Assembly: GCA_964520655.1 (NCBI GenBank)
Contig: CAZFNI010000003.1
Location: 70,220-134,219, forward strand
Source: an uncultured Planctomycetales bacterium
GTDB lineage: Bacteria > Omnitrophota > Gorgyraeia > Zapsychrales > Fredricksoniimonadaceae
Direction of reading: 5' to 3'
Length of the DNA stretch: 64,000 nucleotides
Made by a program: the position numbers and the translations under genes. Of the stretch, positions 20,265 to 29,754 are shown in pieces (position 1 is the stretch's first letter; the number at the start of each line of letters is the position of its first letter). The notes under the pieces are model-generated. The model saw nothing but the letters and a program-made list of their open reading frames with translations, had not been told where the DNA came from and did not search any database.

Positions 20265-21779
20265 ATGTCCACACTCGACATCCTGTTTGTCCACCCTAAC
20301 GCATCGAAAAAGATCTATCAGGATCTGGCCAAAGATTTCTCCGCCATTGAACCGCCGATCTGGGCGGGGATGCTGGCTGGTCATTGCCGCGTGAAAGGGT
20401 TCTCGGTGGATATTCTAGACGCGGAAGCGCTGCATTTAAGCGATGAACAGGCCGCGGCCAGGGTCAAAGGATCATCGGCAAGGCTTGTCTGTTTTGTTGT
20501 TTACGGTCAGCAGCCGTCGGCCAGTTCTCAGAACATGGCCGGGGCGGTGACGCTGGCTGAGATGGTCAAAAATATTGCACCGGGGACAAAGATCGTTTTT
20601 GTGGGTGGCCATGTGGCGGCTCTTTCCAGGGAAGTCCTGGAAAATCATCCGGCCATTGATTTTGTCTGCCAGAATGAAGGCGTTTACACCTTATCGAATT
20701 TGCTTAAGACCAATTTGCAGGATAAATTGGAATTAGTCGACGGTTTAGGCTGGCGCAAAGACGGCGCGGTCGTATTGAATAAACCATCGCCCATCGTCGC
20801 CAAAGCCGACCTTCCCAAAGATCTGCCCGGCATTGCCTGGGATTTGCTGCCGGTTGAGAATTACCGCACCGCATTATGGCATTCTTATCCCAATGGTTCC
20901 ATCCGCCAGCCGTTCGCGGCACTTTATACCTCGCTGGGCTGTCCGATGCGCTGTTCTTTCTGCATGATCAATATCATCAACCGCCAGGAGAATGAATATT
21001 CTGACGGATCTGCCGTGTTCCGCTACTGGGAGCCGGAACACATCATCAAAGAATTCGATTATTTCGCCGCCAGGGGGATCACCAATATCAAGATCGCCGA
21101 TGAGCTCTTTGTGCTGCGTTCTGACCATTTCATGAAGATCTGTGAAATGATCATTGAGCGCGGGTATAAATTCAATATCTGGTGTTATTCCCGGGTCGAT
21201 ACGGTCAAGGATCAGTACCTGGAGACCTTAAAGAAGGCCGGGGTCAATTGGCTGGCGCTGGGCATTGAAAGCGGCAACACAAAAGTACGCAAAGACGTGA
21301 CCAAAGGCCGTTTCGATGATGTGGATATCCGCGGCGTTGTTGGGAAGATCCGCGACCACGGTATCAATGTGATCGGCAACTATATTTTCGGGCTGCCGGA
21401 AGATGACATGGAGAGCATGCAGATGACCCTCGATCTGGCCATCGAGATGAACACGGAAGAAGCCAATTTTTATTCAGCCATGGCCTACCCAGGAAGCCCA
21501 TTATACGGCATTGCGAAAAAGGAAGGGTGGACGCTGCCATCGACGTATGCCGGGTTCTCCCAGCATTCCTATGAATGCCAGCCTTTGCCGACAAAATATT
21601 TGACGGCCCAGCAAGTGCTGGCGTTCCGTGATGAGGCGTGGATGAAATATCACACCAATCCTAAATTTTTGGATTTATTAAAGACAAAATTCGGACAAGT
21701 GGCGGTCGATGAGACGATTAAGTCAACGCAGATCAAATTGCGCCGCAAGATCCTGGAAACCAACGCGCTATCCCGGTAG
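20265..21779 (+). CDS. Cobalamin-binding radical SAM enzyme (class B rSAM)
   Basis: An N-terminal B12-binding-like domain and the CxxxCxxC radical SAM motif LGCPMRCSFC. Confidence 0.8.
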   Translation: MSTLDILFVHPNASKKIYQDLAKDFSAIEPPIWAGMLAGHCRVKGFSVDILDAEALHLSDEQAAARVKGSSARLVCFVVYGQQPSASSQNMAGAVTLAEMVKNIAPGTKIVFVGGHVAALSREVLENHPAIDFVCQNEGVYTLSNLLKTNLQDKLELVDGLGWRKDGAVVLNKPSPIVAKADLPKDLPGIAWDLLPVENYRTALWHSYPNGSIRQPFAALYTSLGCPMRCSFCMINIINRQENEYSDGSAVFRYWEPEHIIKEFDYFAARGITNIKIADELFVLRSDHFMKICEMIIERGYKFNIWCYSRVDTVKDQYLETLKKAGVNWLALGIESGNTKVRKDVTKGRFDDVDIRGVVGKIRDHGINVIGNYIFGLPEDDMESMQMTLDLAIEMNTEEANFYSAMAYPGSPLYGIAKKEGWTLPSTYAGFSQHSYECQPLPTKYLTAQQVLAFRDEAWMKYHTNPKFLDLLKTKFGQVAVDETIKSTQIKLRRKILETNALSR

Positions 21780-21789
21780 GTTAAATCAT

Positions 21790-22788
21790 ATGATCATTTC
21801 CCGCACCCCCTTTCGCATGTCTTTTTTTGGCGGCGGCACCGACTATAATGGCTGGTTTAACGAACACAAAGGGGCTGTCCTGGCCACGACGATCGATAAA
21901 TACTGCTATATCACCTGCCGGTATTTACCACCTTTCTTCGACCATAAGTCCCGCATCATTTATTCAAAGATGGAGCATGTCCAAAGGGTCAGCGAGATTG
22001 ATCACCCGTCCGTGCGTGAGGTCTTGAGGTTCTTAAAGATCAAGGAAGGTATCGAGATCCATCATGATGGGGATCTTCCGGCGCGCACCGGTCTTGGGTC
22101 AAGCTCGTCGTTTACTGTCGGTCTGCTTAATTCATTGTATGCGCTTAAAGGCCGCATGACGACCAAGGAACAGCTGGCCAAGGAAGCGATCTTTATCGAG
22201 CAGAACATGATCAAGGAAAATGTCGGATGCCAGGACCAGATGCTGGCGGCCTACGGCGGTTTTAATTTCATTGAGTTCGGCGGACAGCATCATCTGCGCG
22301 TCCAGCCGGTGACCGTTCCGATGGAAAAGATCGTTTTGCTTCAGAACCATTTGATGCTGTTCTTCACTGGATTTTCGCGGACAGCGTCCCAGATCGCCGC
22401 GCATCAGATCAAGAATATCCCCAATAAAAAGCCGGAACTGGAACGCATGTATGAGATGGCCTTTGAAGCATTGGAAATATTGAATGGGAAGAATTTGCTT
22501 AAATTCGGGAAATTGTTGGATGAAAGCTGGAAGTTAAAGCGGACATTGTCGGATAAGATCTCGACCAGTCATATTGATGATCTTTATCGGGTGGCCATCC
22601 GCGCGGGAGCGACCGGTGGAAAACTGCTTGGGGCGGGCGGCGGCGGGTTCGTGCTCCTGTTCGTCCAGCCGCACAAACAACCCAAAGTCCGTGAAGCTTT
22701 AAAGCGGTTATTAGAAGTGCCCATCAAGTTCGAGAATTTAGGAAGCCAGATCATTTTTTTCCAGCCAGACACGGGGGTTATCAAATAA
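21790..22788 (+). CDS. GHMP family sugar kinase (D-glycero-alpha-D-manno-heptose 7-phosphate kinase HddA-like)
   Basis: A GHMP ATP-binding motif PARTGLGSSSS, 333 aa, with a nucleotidyltransferase and GmhB nearby. Confidence 0.7.
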   Translation: MIISRTPFRMSFFGGGTDYNGWFNEHKGAVLATTIDKYCYITCRYLPPFFDHKSRIIYSKMEHVQRVSEIDHPSVREVLRFLKIKEGIEIHHDGDLPARTGLGSSSSFTVGLLNSLYALKGRMTTKEQLAKEAIFIEQNMIKENVGCQDQMLAAYGGFNFIEFGGQHHLRVQPVTVPMEKIVLLQNHLMLFFTGFSRTASQIAAHQIKNIPNKKPELERMYEMAFEALEILNGKNLLKFGKLLDESWKLKRTLSDKISTSHIDDLYRVAIRAGATGGKLLGAGGGGFVLLFVQPHKQPKVREALKRLLEVPIKFENLGSQIIFFQPDTGVIK

Positions 22789-22789
22789 T

Positions 22790-23503
22790 ATGACCCTGTT
22801 ATCCAATGTTGACATTGTCATTTTAGCCGGTGGTTTAGGTAAACGTTTAGCCTCGGTCACCCAGGGGCAGCAGAAGATCCTGGCCCAGGTCGGGGATAAG
22901 CCGTTCATTTCGATCTTGATCGAATATTTAGCTTCTTTCGGCGGTAAGCGTTTTATTTTATGCACCGGCCACGGAGCTGATGCTGTTGAGTCCTATTTGA
23001 CCGGCGCTCACCGTGATTTGGAGATCGTATTCTCCCGTGAGGATACGCCTCTTGGCACCGGCGGTGCGATCAAGAAAGGGTCGGCCTTAGTCAAGACAGA
23101 ACGGTTCCTGGGACTTAACGGGGATTGTTTTTGCGTGATCGATTATAACAAGCTCATTGATTTCCATATAAAACATCAGGCCAAAGCGACGCTGGCTGTG
23201 ACCCGGCTGGACGATGCCAGGGATTATGGCACGATCGAAGTGAATGCGGCCAGTCAGATCACCGCGTTTAAAGAAAAACAGCCGCATCTGCAGTCGGCGT
23301 TGATCAACACGGGGACATACTGTTTTAACCGGGATGTCTTTGACTTAGTCAAGACACCGGATAAGTTCTCTATCGAATATGATTTCTTCCCGCATTTGGT
23401 CGATCAAGGGTTTTATGGTTTTGAAGTAGCGAATAAGTTCATTGACATCGGAACACCCGAGCGTTATGCCTGGGCGCAGGAACATCTCAAGGAGTTGAAA
23501 TGA
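22790..23503 (+). CDS. Sugar-1-phosphate nucleotidyltransferase (HddC-like)
   Basis: A nucleotidyltransferase N-terminal motif ILAGGLGKRL and a short ~237 aa form. Confidence 0.75.
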   Translation: MTLLSNVDIVILAGGLGKRLASVTQGQQKILAQVGDKPFISILIEYLASFGGKRFILCTGHGADAVESYLTGAHRDLEIVFSREDTPLGTGGAIKKGSALVKTERFLGLNGDCFCVIDYNKLIDFHIKHQAKATLAVTRLDDARDYGTIEVNAASQITAFKEKQPHLQSALINTGTYCFNRDVFDLVKTPDKFSIEYDFFPHLVDQGFYGFEVANKFIDIGTPERYAWAQEHLKELK

Positions 23504-24690
23504 CAACAGCGGATTTCAATAAAAGCGCCGCGATCGCCGACGGTCAAGAGGCGAAAAAGGCGGGATATAAGGTGCCGTTCGGGACAGTCTCGATCACGGC
23601 CAAAGCGAAGACATTGATCAATGATGCGATCGAACGCCAGTGGTTGACCAAGGGTCGATATGTGAAGGAATTCGAAGAAAAATTCGCGGCGTTATTTGGT
23701 GTCAAGTACGGTATCGCGGTGTCCTCGGGGACGGACGCGGATGCCATTGCCTGCGCGGTGCTGTATGATTTCGGCGCCAAGCGTGGCGATGAGATCATCA
23801 TTCCGGCGCTGACCTTCGTGGCGACGGGCAATGCGGTGCTGCAGGCCGGGTTTAAGCCGGTGTTCGTCGATGTCAAACGCGATACGTTGAATATTGATCC
23901 CGATAAGATCGAAGCGGCGATCACCCCTCGGACCCGCGCGATCATGCCGGTCCATTTGATGGGCAAGCCGGCGGATATGGACCGGATCATGGCGATCGCC
24001 CGCAAACACAAGCTGCATGTCATCGAAGATGCGGCGGAAGCTCACGGCGCCGAGTATAAGGGCAAAAAGATCGGCGCGATCGGGGACATGGCTTGTTTTT
24101 CTTTGTACGCGGCGCATATCGTGACCACCATTGAAGGCGGAATGATCATCACCAACAATGAACAGATGGCACAGGCCGCTGCGAGTCTGCGCAACCACGG
24201 CATCGACGGAAAATTTCGTTTCAAGCGCATCGGATTCTCCGCCAAGATGAATGAGATCGAGGCAGCGGTTGGACTGGGCAATATCGATATTTTCCATGAC
24301 ATCTTGAACAAGCGCCGACGTAATATCCTGTATCTCATCAAGAATTTCAAGCAGTTCGAGAAATTCTTCATTTATGTCCAGGAAGATGCCCATGAGAAGT
24401 TGGGTCCTCACGCCTTCTCCATGATCGTACGCCCGGGGTTGAATTTCACTAAAGAGGATTTTGTTGTTTTTCTGGAAAAGGAAGGTGTTGATTCCCGAAA
24501 TTTGTTCTATTCGATCCCGACGCAGACGCCCAGTTATGAATTCATGGGGCACAAGCTTGGTGATTTTCCAGAGACGGAGTTTTGTTCCAATAACGGGACG
24601 CATATCGGCTGCCATCAGGATATCGAGATCCCGCAGATGGACCATGTGATCACAACCGTCGCTAAGTTCCTAAAAAGCAAAGGGTATTAA
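23500..24690 (+). CDS. DegT/DnrJ/EryC1 family PLP/PMP enzyme with His in place of the Schiff-base Lys; predicted sugar 3-dehydratase (ColD/E1-like)
   Basis: It aligns with the DegT aminotransferase at 32832. The FYPTKSLG lysine position reads LYAAHIVT here. Confidence 0.65.
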   Translation: MTTADFNKSAAIADGQEAKKAGYKVPFGTVSITAKAKTLINDAIERQWLTKGRYVKEFEEKFAALFGVKYGIAVSSGTDADAIACAVLYDFGAKRGDEIIIPALTFVATGNAVLQAGFKPVFVDVKRDTLNIDPDKIEAAITPRTRAIMPVHLMGKPADMDRIMAIARKHKLHVIEDAAEAHGAEYKGKKIGAIGDMACFSLYAAHIVTTIEGGMIITNNEQMAQAAASLRNHGIDGKFRFKRIGFSAKMNEIEAAVGLGNIDIFHDILNKRRRNILYLIKNFKQFEKFFIYVQEDAHEKLGPHAFSMIVRPGLNFTKEDFVVFLEKEGVDSRNLFYSIPTQTPSYEFMGHKLGDFPETEFCSNNGTHIGCHQDIEIPQMDHVITTVAKFLKSKGY

Positions 24691-24699
24691 CCCAGGCGC

Positions 24700-25794
24700 A
24701 TGCGCATTGTCGTCAATTGCCGCTCGATCCTGCTGCCCAAGCGCACCGGCATCGGACGGTACACCTATCATTTGCTAGCCGAACTCGGGGGGATCGACCC
24801 CGGTAATGAATACCTGCTCTACGCCCAAAAGAATTTGTTCGATCGAAAACGCCAGTTGCCGCGGTTTGAATTTTCCAATTTTAAGCCAGCATTAGACATG
24901 TTCCGTCGTCCCATCCCGCGCGCCGATGTTTATCATCTGCCATGTCCAATGGAGATAGGTGTATTTGAGGGCCGTGTGGCCGTGACCATCCATGATCTTG
25001 TTTTTAAAACATATCCTCAAAGCCATACCCAGGAAACGGTCGATATGACCGAAAGTTTGATGGCGGGGATCGTCAAACGCGCTGATCATATCATCTGCAT
25101 CTCGCAAAGCACGCGCAATGACCTGCACCGGTTCTTTGATTATCCGAAACGTCAGACAAGCGTTGTTTTAAACGGTGTGGATCATAACAGGTTTTTCCCT
25201 TTATCTAATACTGATGCCGCGAAGACTTTTCTTAAAAGCAATGGTATGCCGGAAGATTTCTTATTGTTTGTAGGAACGGTCGAGCCGCGTAAGAACTTAA
25301 CAGGATTGCTTGAAGCTATGTCTTTGGTGAAACAGGCTGCGCTGCCGTTGGTCGTGGTCGGTATGCCGGGGTGGAAGTCAGAAGGGGTGACGGCCGACAT
25401 TGAGCGTTTAGGCCTTCAGGGGAAAGTCATTTTTACGGGTTTTATCCGTGATGAAGAACTTAATTTCCTTTATAATACCTGTAAGGTATTTATTTTTCCG
25501 TCATTCTATGAGGGTTTTGGGTTCCCTATCGTCGAAGCCATGAGCGCTGGGGCTGCTGTCATCTGTTCGTCAACATCCAGCTGCGGGGAGATCGCCGGTG
25601 ATGCCGCGATACTGATCGACCCCAAAGATCCGGCAGGCATTGCCAACGCGATCGAACGAGTGGCCCAAGATCCGGATTTAGTCACGTCGTTAAAGATACG
25701 GTGCTTACAACGGGCGCAGGAATTTTCCTTTAAGCGCACAGCTCAAGAAACGTTGGGTGTTTATCAAGCATTAGGGGGCAGTAATGTTCAATAA
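24700..25794 (+). CDS. Glycosyltransferase family 4
   Basis: The C-terminal GT4 signature FIFPSFYEGFGFPIVEAMSAG. Confidence 0.8.
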   Translation: MRIVVNCRSILLPKRTGIGRYTYHLLAELGGIDPGNEYLLYAQKNLFDRKRQLPRFEFSNFKPALDMFRRPIPRADVYHLPCPMEIGVFEGRVAVTIHDLVFKTYPQSHTQETVDMTESLMAGIVKRADHIICISQSTRNDLHRFFDYPKRQTSVVLNGVDHNRFFPLSNTDAAKTFLKSNGMPEDFLLFVGTVEPRKNLTGLLEAMSLVKQAALPLVVVGMPGWKSEGVTADIERLGLQGKVIFTGFIRDEELNFLYNTCKVFIFPSFYEGFGFPIVEAMSAGAAVICSSTSSCGEIAGDAAILIDPKDPAGIANAIERVAQDPDLVTSLKIRCLQRAQEFSFKRTAQETLGVYQALGGSNVQ

Positions 25795-26590
25795 GGCGGC
25801 ATGGTACGCTGGCAAGGTTTTGAATTTATTATGGGTCTTGTTTAAATTATTGTTTTATTTGCCTTTTCATCCGCGCAAGATCAAAGATCTTCTTTTTCCT
25901 ATTCTTTCTTCGATCAATGAATTTTACCAATCGTCCCACGGGGGCTTAAAAGATTTCCAAGAAACAAAGTTTTCTCAAGACTTGACCGATAAAGGCATAT
26001 TTGCCAGAAGCAATTTGTTCAACCAGGACGGTCATGTCACACGGTCGATGGAAACGCATTTTATGGCAACATTGGTCGAGGGGTATGCTCCCAAGACGAT
26101 CTTTGAGATCGGTACATATAACGGGTTTACGACACTGCATATGGCGGTCAACAGTCCGGCGGACTGCAAGATCTACACCCTGGATTTGCCTCCAGGTTAT
26201 GATCTCACGCAGGCTAAAGGAAGTTCTTACGACGATATTTTAGTCATGCAGTTAAGCCAGGCCAGTATTCCTAAACGGTTTTATAAGGGACATCCTCTAA
26301 GTCACAAGATCGTTGAGCTCTTTGGGAATTCTTCCGAGTTTGATTTTTCTCCCTATCACGGCAAGATCGACATGGTTTTTATTGACGGGAACCATTCCAT
26401 GGAATTCGTGAAGAAAGACTCCGAGAACGCGTTGAAAATGCTCTCCCCGCGAGGGATGATCATCTGGCATGATTTTGATTACATCATCCATAAGGATGTG
26501 TTCCATTATTTGAAAGCATTATCCAGGCAGTATCCTATTTATTCTGTCGCCCACACAAGGTTTGCCGTCTATGGTAAAACCCTGGTTTAA
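25784..26590 (+). CDS. Class I SAM-dependent methyltransferase (O-methyltransferase-like)
   Basis: A glycine-rich motif I (IFEIGTYNGFTT) and a downstream acidic motif (MVFIDGNH). Confidence 0.55.
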   Translation: MFNKAAWYAGKVLNLLWVLFKLLFYLPFHPRKIKDLLFPILSSINEFYQSSHGGLKDFQETKFSQDLTDKGIFARSNLFNQDGHVTRSMETHFMATLVEGYAPKTIFEIGTYNGFTTLHMAVNSPADCKIYTLDLPPGYDLTQAKGSSYDDILVMQLSQASIPKRFYKGHPLSHKIVELFGNSSEFDFSPYHGKIDMVFIDGNHSMEFVKKDSENALKMLSPRGMIIWHDFDYIIHKDVFHYLKALSRQYPIYSVAHTRFAVYGKTLV

Positions 26591-28172
26591 ACAGCCGCTT
26601 TCTTTCCTGGACTTGGCGTTAGCCTGTCTGATCATCTGTCTGATCACCTGGCATCCTTTCTATCTGCACCAGCAGATCAACCTTTTTGAGCTTGGGTTGT
26701 ATCTCCCTGGTATCCAGGCGGTATTAGACGGGCAGATCCCCTATAAGGATTTCTTTTATCTGCGCGCTCCACTTGATCTTTATGTCCCCGCGCTTTTAAT
26801 GAAAATGTTCGGCATCAACGCGGCGGTGTTGTGCGCATATTTCTACGCCGGCACCGTGATCACGCTGTGCGTTGCGGCATTGATCGCCTGGGAGATCATT
26901 CCAACGAGGCTATTATTTTACAGCCTTATCCCGGTTTTGGTCACTCGGACTTTTCCCAGGGTCGTATTCACATATTGGGGAGGGATGCGCTATGCCTGGG
27001 GATTACTGGCGGTTTGGTGCATGATCAGGTTCCTAAAGGTCAAACACCGCGGCTGGCTATTGGCATCGGCGCTCTTGACGGTGATCGCGGGGTTGACCAG
27101 CATTGAGATCGGCGTATCGCTGGCGATTGCCTTGAGTGCAGTGTTGATATTGGCTGACCGCCGGGGAATGACGGCCTATTGGCTGATCGTCTTCGCTGTT
27201 TTGCTGCCGTTTAATTATTTTTTTGCGACACATGGGGCCTGGGGGGATTACATGAATTCCCAGATGGTCGTTGTTAAAGAAATGACCAAAACATTTCCCC
27301 AAACAGAAGTTGTCCCTTCCAGTGTGGCCCAGGTGCTGCATGCCCTGGTGATCCCTACAGATAAGAATTTCCGTCAAATGACACCGGTGTACGCGTACAT
27401 ATTTTTTATCGCCTATCTGATCTGGCGCTGGCGTAAAAGCAAGATCGATGTGATGGACCTGGCGGCCATCGCGCTTGCGGTCTACGGATTTATGGTGTAT
27501 GTGACGGGCTTCAGGAATCTATGGGCGAATGTGTTTGAAATGTCCCTGCAGCCGCAGAAGATCATTTTATTTTATCTGCTGGCCAGGATCATCGATTATA
27601 GCCGCCAACGATGGAGGCAGGCTGCCGGTATTGCTTTGGCGTTGATCGTGATATCGTCGCTGGTATATAGTATTGACCGTGCCAATAAGCGTTTTCTATT
27701 TTTCCGTAAAGACCCCTTGAAAGGCCAGTCTACTCAGGCGTTGGAGATCTCCCGCTTAAAAGGGTTTGTTGTGCCTAAACAGCAGGCCGAGGATATCCTG
27801 CAATTAAGATCTTTTGTCGATACACATGTCTTAGCGGGTGAGCCGATGCTCATGTACCCTGAGATGGGGGCGATGCATTTTATTCTTGAGCGTCCTTGGG
27901 TGGGGAAATTCCCTACAGCGACGCTGGCGTGGTTCTCCAGGGATTGGTTCGACCAATGGATGAAGTCGCTTGGTGATCATCCGCCGCGGTATGCTGTCCG
28001 GTTAAAACAAATGCCGGATTATTTTGACAAATGCCATTTTAAGGTTGAGGCTAACCGTCGTTATTTCAAAGAAACAATGGATTTTATCGAGAAGCATTAC
28101 GATAAGGTTTTGGAGACGGGGTCGTATTGGATAATGGAACTTAAATCAGAATATCAGAAAGCGGGTCTATGA
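26562..28172 (+). CDS. Polytopic membrane protein of unknown function (possible GT-C/polymerase-like)
   Basis: More than 10 predicted TM segments and no recognisable family. The start is uncertain; an ATG at 26574 is also possible. Confidence 0.45.
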   Translation: MPSMVKPWFKQPLSFLDLALACLIICLITWHPFYLHQQINLFELGLYLPGIQAVLDGQIPYKDFFYLRAPLDLYVPALLMKMFGINAAVLCAYFYAGTVITLCVAALIAWEIIPTRLLFYSLIPVLVTRTFPRVVFTYWGGMRYAWGLLAVWCMIRFLKVKHRGWLLASALLTVIAGLTSIEIGVSLAIALSAVLILADRRGMTAYWLIVFAVLLPFNYFFATHGAWGDYMNSQMVVVKEMTKTFPQTEVVPSSVAQVLHALVIPTDKNFRQMTPVYAYIFFIAYLIWRWRKSKIDVMDLAAIALAVYGFMVYVTGFRNLWANVFEMSLQPQKIILFYLLARIIDYSRQRWRQAAGIALALIVISSLVYSIDRANKRFLFFRKDPLKGQSTQALEISRLKGFVVPKQQAEDILQLRSFVDTHVLAGEPMLMYPEMGAMHFILERPWVGKFPTATLAWFSRDWFDQWMKSLGDHPPRYAVRLKQMPDYFDKCHFKVEANRRYFKETMDFIEKHYDKVLETGSYWIMELKSEYQKAGL

Positions 28173-28888
28173 AAAAACGTTGGGCCAAACGGGCATACAA
28201 ATTCCAGGGGTTTCTTAATTATGCATATTCGCTCCTATTATTGCGCTATAGCGCGATGCGTCAGCCGGCATTAAAAGCACAGATCATCAGATCAGGATGC
28301 GACCGGCTTCAGATCGGCTGTGGCAATGTCATCTTAGACGGGTGGATCAATGTCCTCTATGAACGCCGGCAGGAATATGGCAAGCTCAAGCAGCGAGGTA
28401 AAGGCTGGTTCCTCAATTACAATTTACTTAATTCCTGGCCTGTTGCCGATAACAGTCTATCATTTGTGGCCGGCAGTCATGTGATCGAGCATTTGGACCT
28501 CAATAACGGCATCAAGCTTTTAACATTGGCCCATCGGGCGTTAAAGAAGGGGGGCGTGATACGCCTTAGCTGTCCTGACCTGGAGAAGTATGCCCGGGCC
28601 TATGTGAATAAAGATAGATCTTTTTTTGATCATCCTTTGATCCGTGAATGGTGCGCGTTTAAATCCGCCCAGACCTTTGGTGAGATATTCATTGCCAAGG
28701 CCTATGACAGCGGCGGGGCACATCGATGGTTCTATGATTTCGAATCCCTGTCGGATATCCTCAGGCGCGCGGGTTTTGACAATATCCGTAAAGTTTCCCG
28801 TCTGGAAGGGGATATGCCGGATAAGGATCTATTGGAGCCCGCGGGGCGTGAGCTGGAAACGGTCTATGTCGAGGCCAGAAAAGGTTAA
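28169..28888 (+). CDS. SAM-dependent methyltransferase (Methyltransf_11/23-like)
   Basis: An ATGA overlap with the upstream gene and methyltransferase motifs (LQIGCGN, VIRLSCPD). Confidence 0.55.
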   Translation: MKKRWAKRAYKFQGFLNYAYSLLLLRYSAMRQPALKAQIIRSGCDRLQIGCGNVILDGWINVLYERRQEYGKLKQRGKGWFLNYNLLNSWPVADNSLSFVAGSHVIEHLDLNNGIKLLTLAHRALKKGGVIRLSCPDLEKYARAYVNKDRSFFDHPLIREWCAFKSAQTFGEIFIAKAYDSGGAHRWFYDFESLSDILRRAGFDNIRKVSRLEGDMPDKDLLEPAGRELETVYVEARKG

Positions 28889-28895
28889 CAGGGAC

Positions 28896-29735
28896 ATGAA
28901 GGTCAGCGGATTTACCATTGTCAAAAATGCTGTTAAGTTCAATTATCCCGTCTGCGAGGCGATCAAGTCCATTTTGCCCATCTGCGATGAGTTTATTGTC
29001 AATGTCGGGGACAGCGAGGATGGGACCTTGGCGCTGATCCAGTCGATCAATGACCCCAAGATCCGCATTATCCAGACCCAATGGAATATGGCGCAGGGCT
29101 CGACGGTGCTCTCAGAGCAGACTAATATCGCGCTTAACGCCTGTAAAGGCGATTGGGCTTTTTATGTGCAGTCCGATGAGGTCATTCACGAAGACGATCT
29201 GCCGGCGATCAAGCAATGCATGCGGCGTTATTTAAAAGACGAGACAGTCGATGCGCTGCGTTTTCGATGGCTGCATTTTTACGGATCTTTCTGGCGTTAC
29301 CGGATCGATAAAGGATGGTATCAAAAGCAGGACAGGATCGTCCGCAATAACGGCCAGGTGATCTCTGTGGGGGATGCGTTCGGGTTTGCCCGCCGCGATG
29401 GAAAACCTTTAAGGCAGGCTCCGACAGGCTCTTTGCTTTACCATTACGGCTGGGTCAATTCCGCGGAGGATATGAAGAAGCGTTTAGCCAACGCGGCGGC
29501 GATCGGCTACGCGGATAACTCTAAAGACGGAGTGCTTGCTGGAGGGGCGGGGGATTTGAACCGTTTTGTCCCGTATTTTGGGACGCATCCGGCAGTGATG
29601 AAGGAGAGGGTCGCGGCGCATGAACAAAGCGTCCGGGATTGGCAGGATATCCAACAACGATATTGGTGGAATCCTTTATTATGGTTGAGGACAAGGCTGA
29701 AGACCGGCCGCAGGATCAAAACCAGTATCGCATAA
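28896..29735 (+). CDS. Putative glycosyltransferase (GT2-like, Glyco_tranf_2_4-type)
   Basis: The N-terminal FTIVKNA...DEFIV pattern resembles PF13704-type GT2. The upstream in-frame start at 28644 lies inside the methyltransferase gene and was rejected. Confidence 0.4.
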   Translation: MKVSGFTIVKNAVKFNYPVCEAIKSILPICDEFIVNVGDSEDGTLALIQSINDPKIRIIQTQWNMAQGSTVLSEQTNIALNACKGDWAFYVQSDEVIHEDDLPAIKQCMRRYLKDETVDALRFRWLHFYGSFWRYRIDKGWYQKQDRIVRNNGQVISVGDAFGFARRDGKPLRQAPTGSLLYHYGWVNSAEDMKKRLANAAAIGYADNSKDGVLAGGAGDLNRFVPYFGTHPAVMKERVAAHEQSVRDWQDIQQRYWWNPLLWLRTRLKTGRRIKTSIA

Positions 29736-29754
29736 ACAAAACAGGGAAGAAGAT

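Noticed and set aside
23692-24645. 317-aa ORF on the minus strand fully antisense to the ColD-like DegT gene
   Set aside because: It is Arg/His/Asp-rich low-complexity, has no recognisable motif, and is entirely embedded antisense in a well-supported CDS. It is a typical spurious ORF.
28644-28895. Upstream in-frame extension (84 aa) of the GT2-like gene overlapping the methyltransferase gene
   Set aside because: The extension is Arg/Pro-rich with no homology and sits entirely within the upstream CDS. The ATG at 28896 follows the upstream stop.
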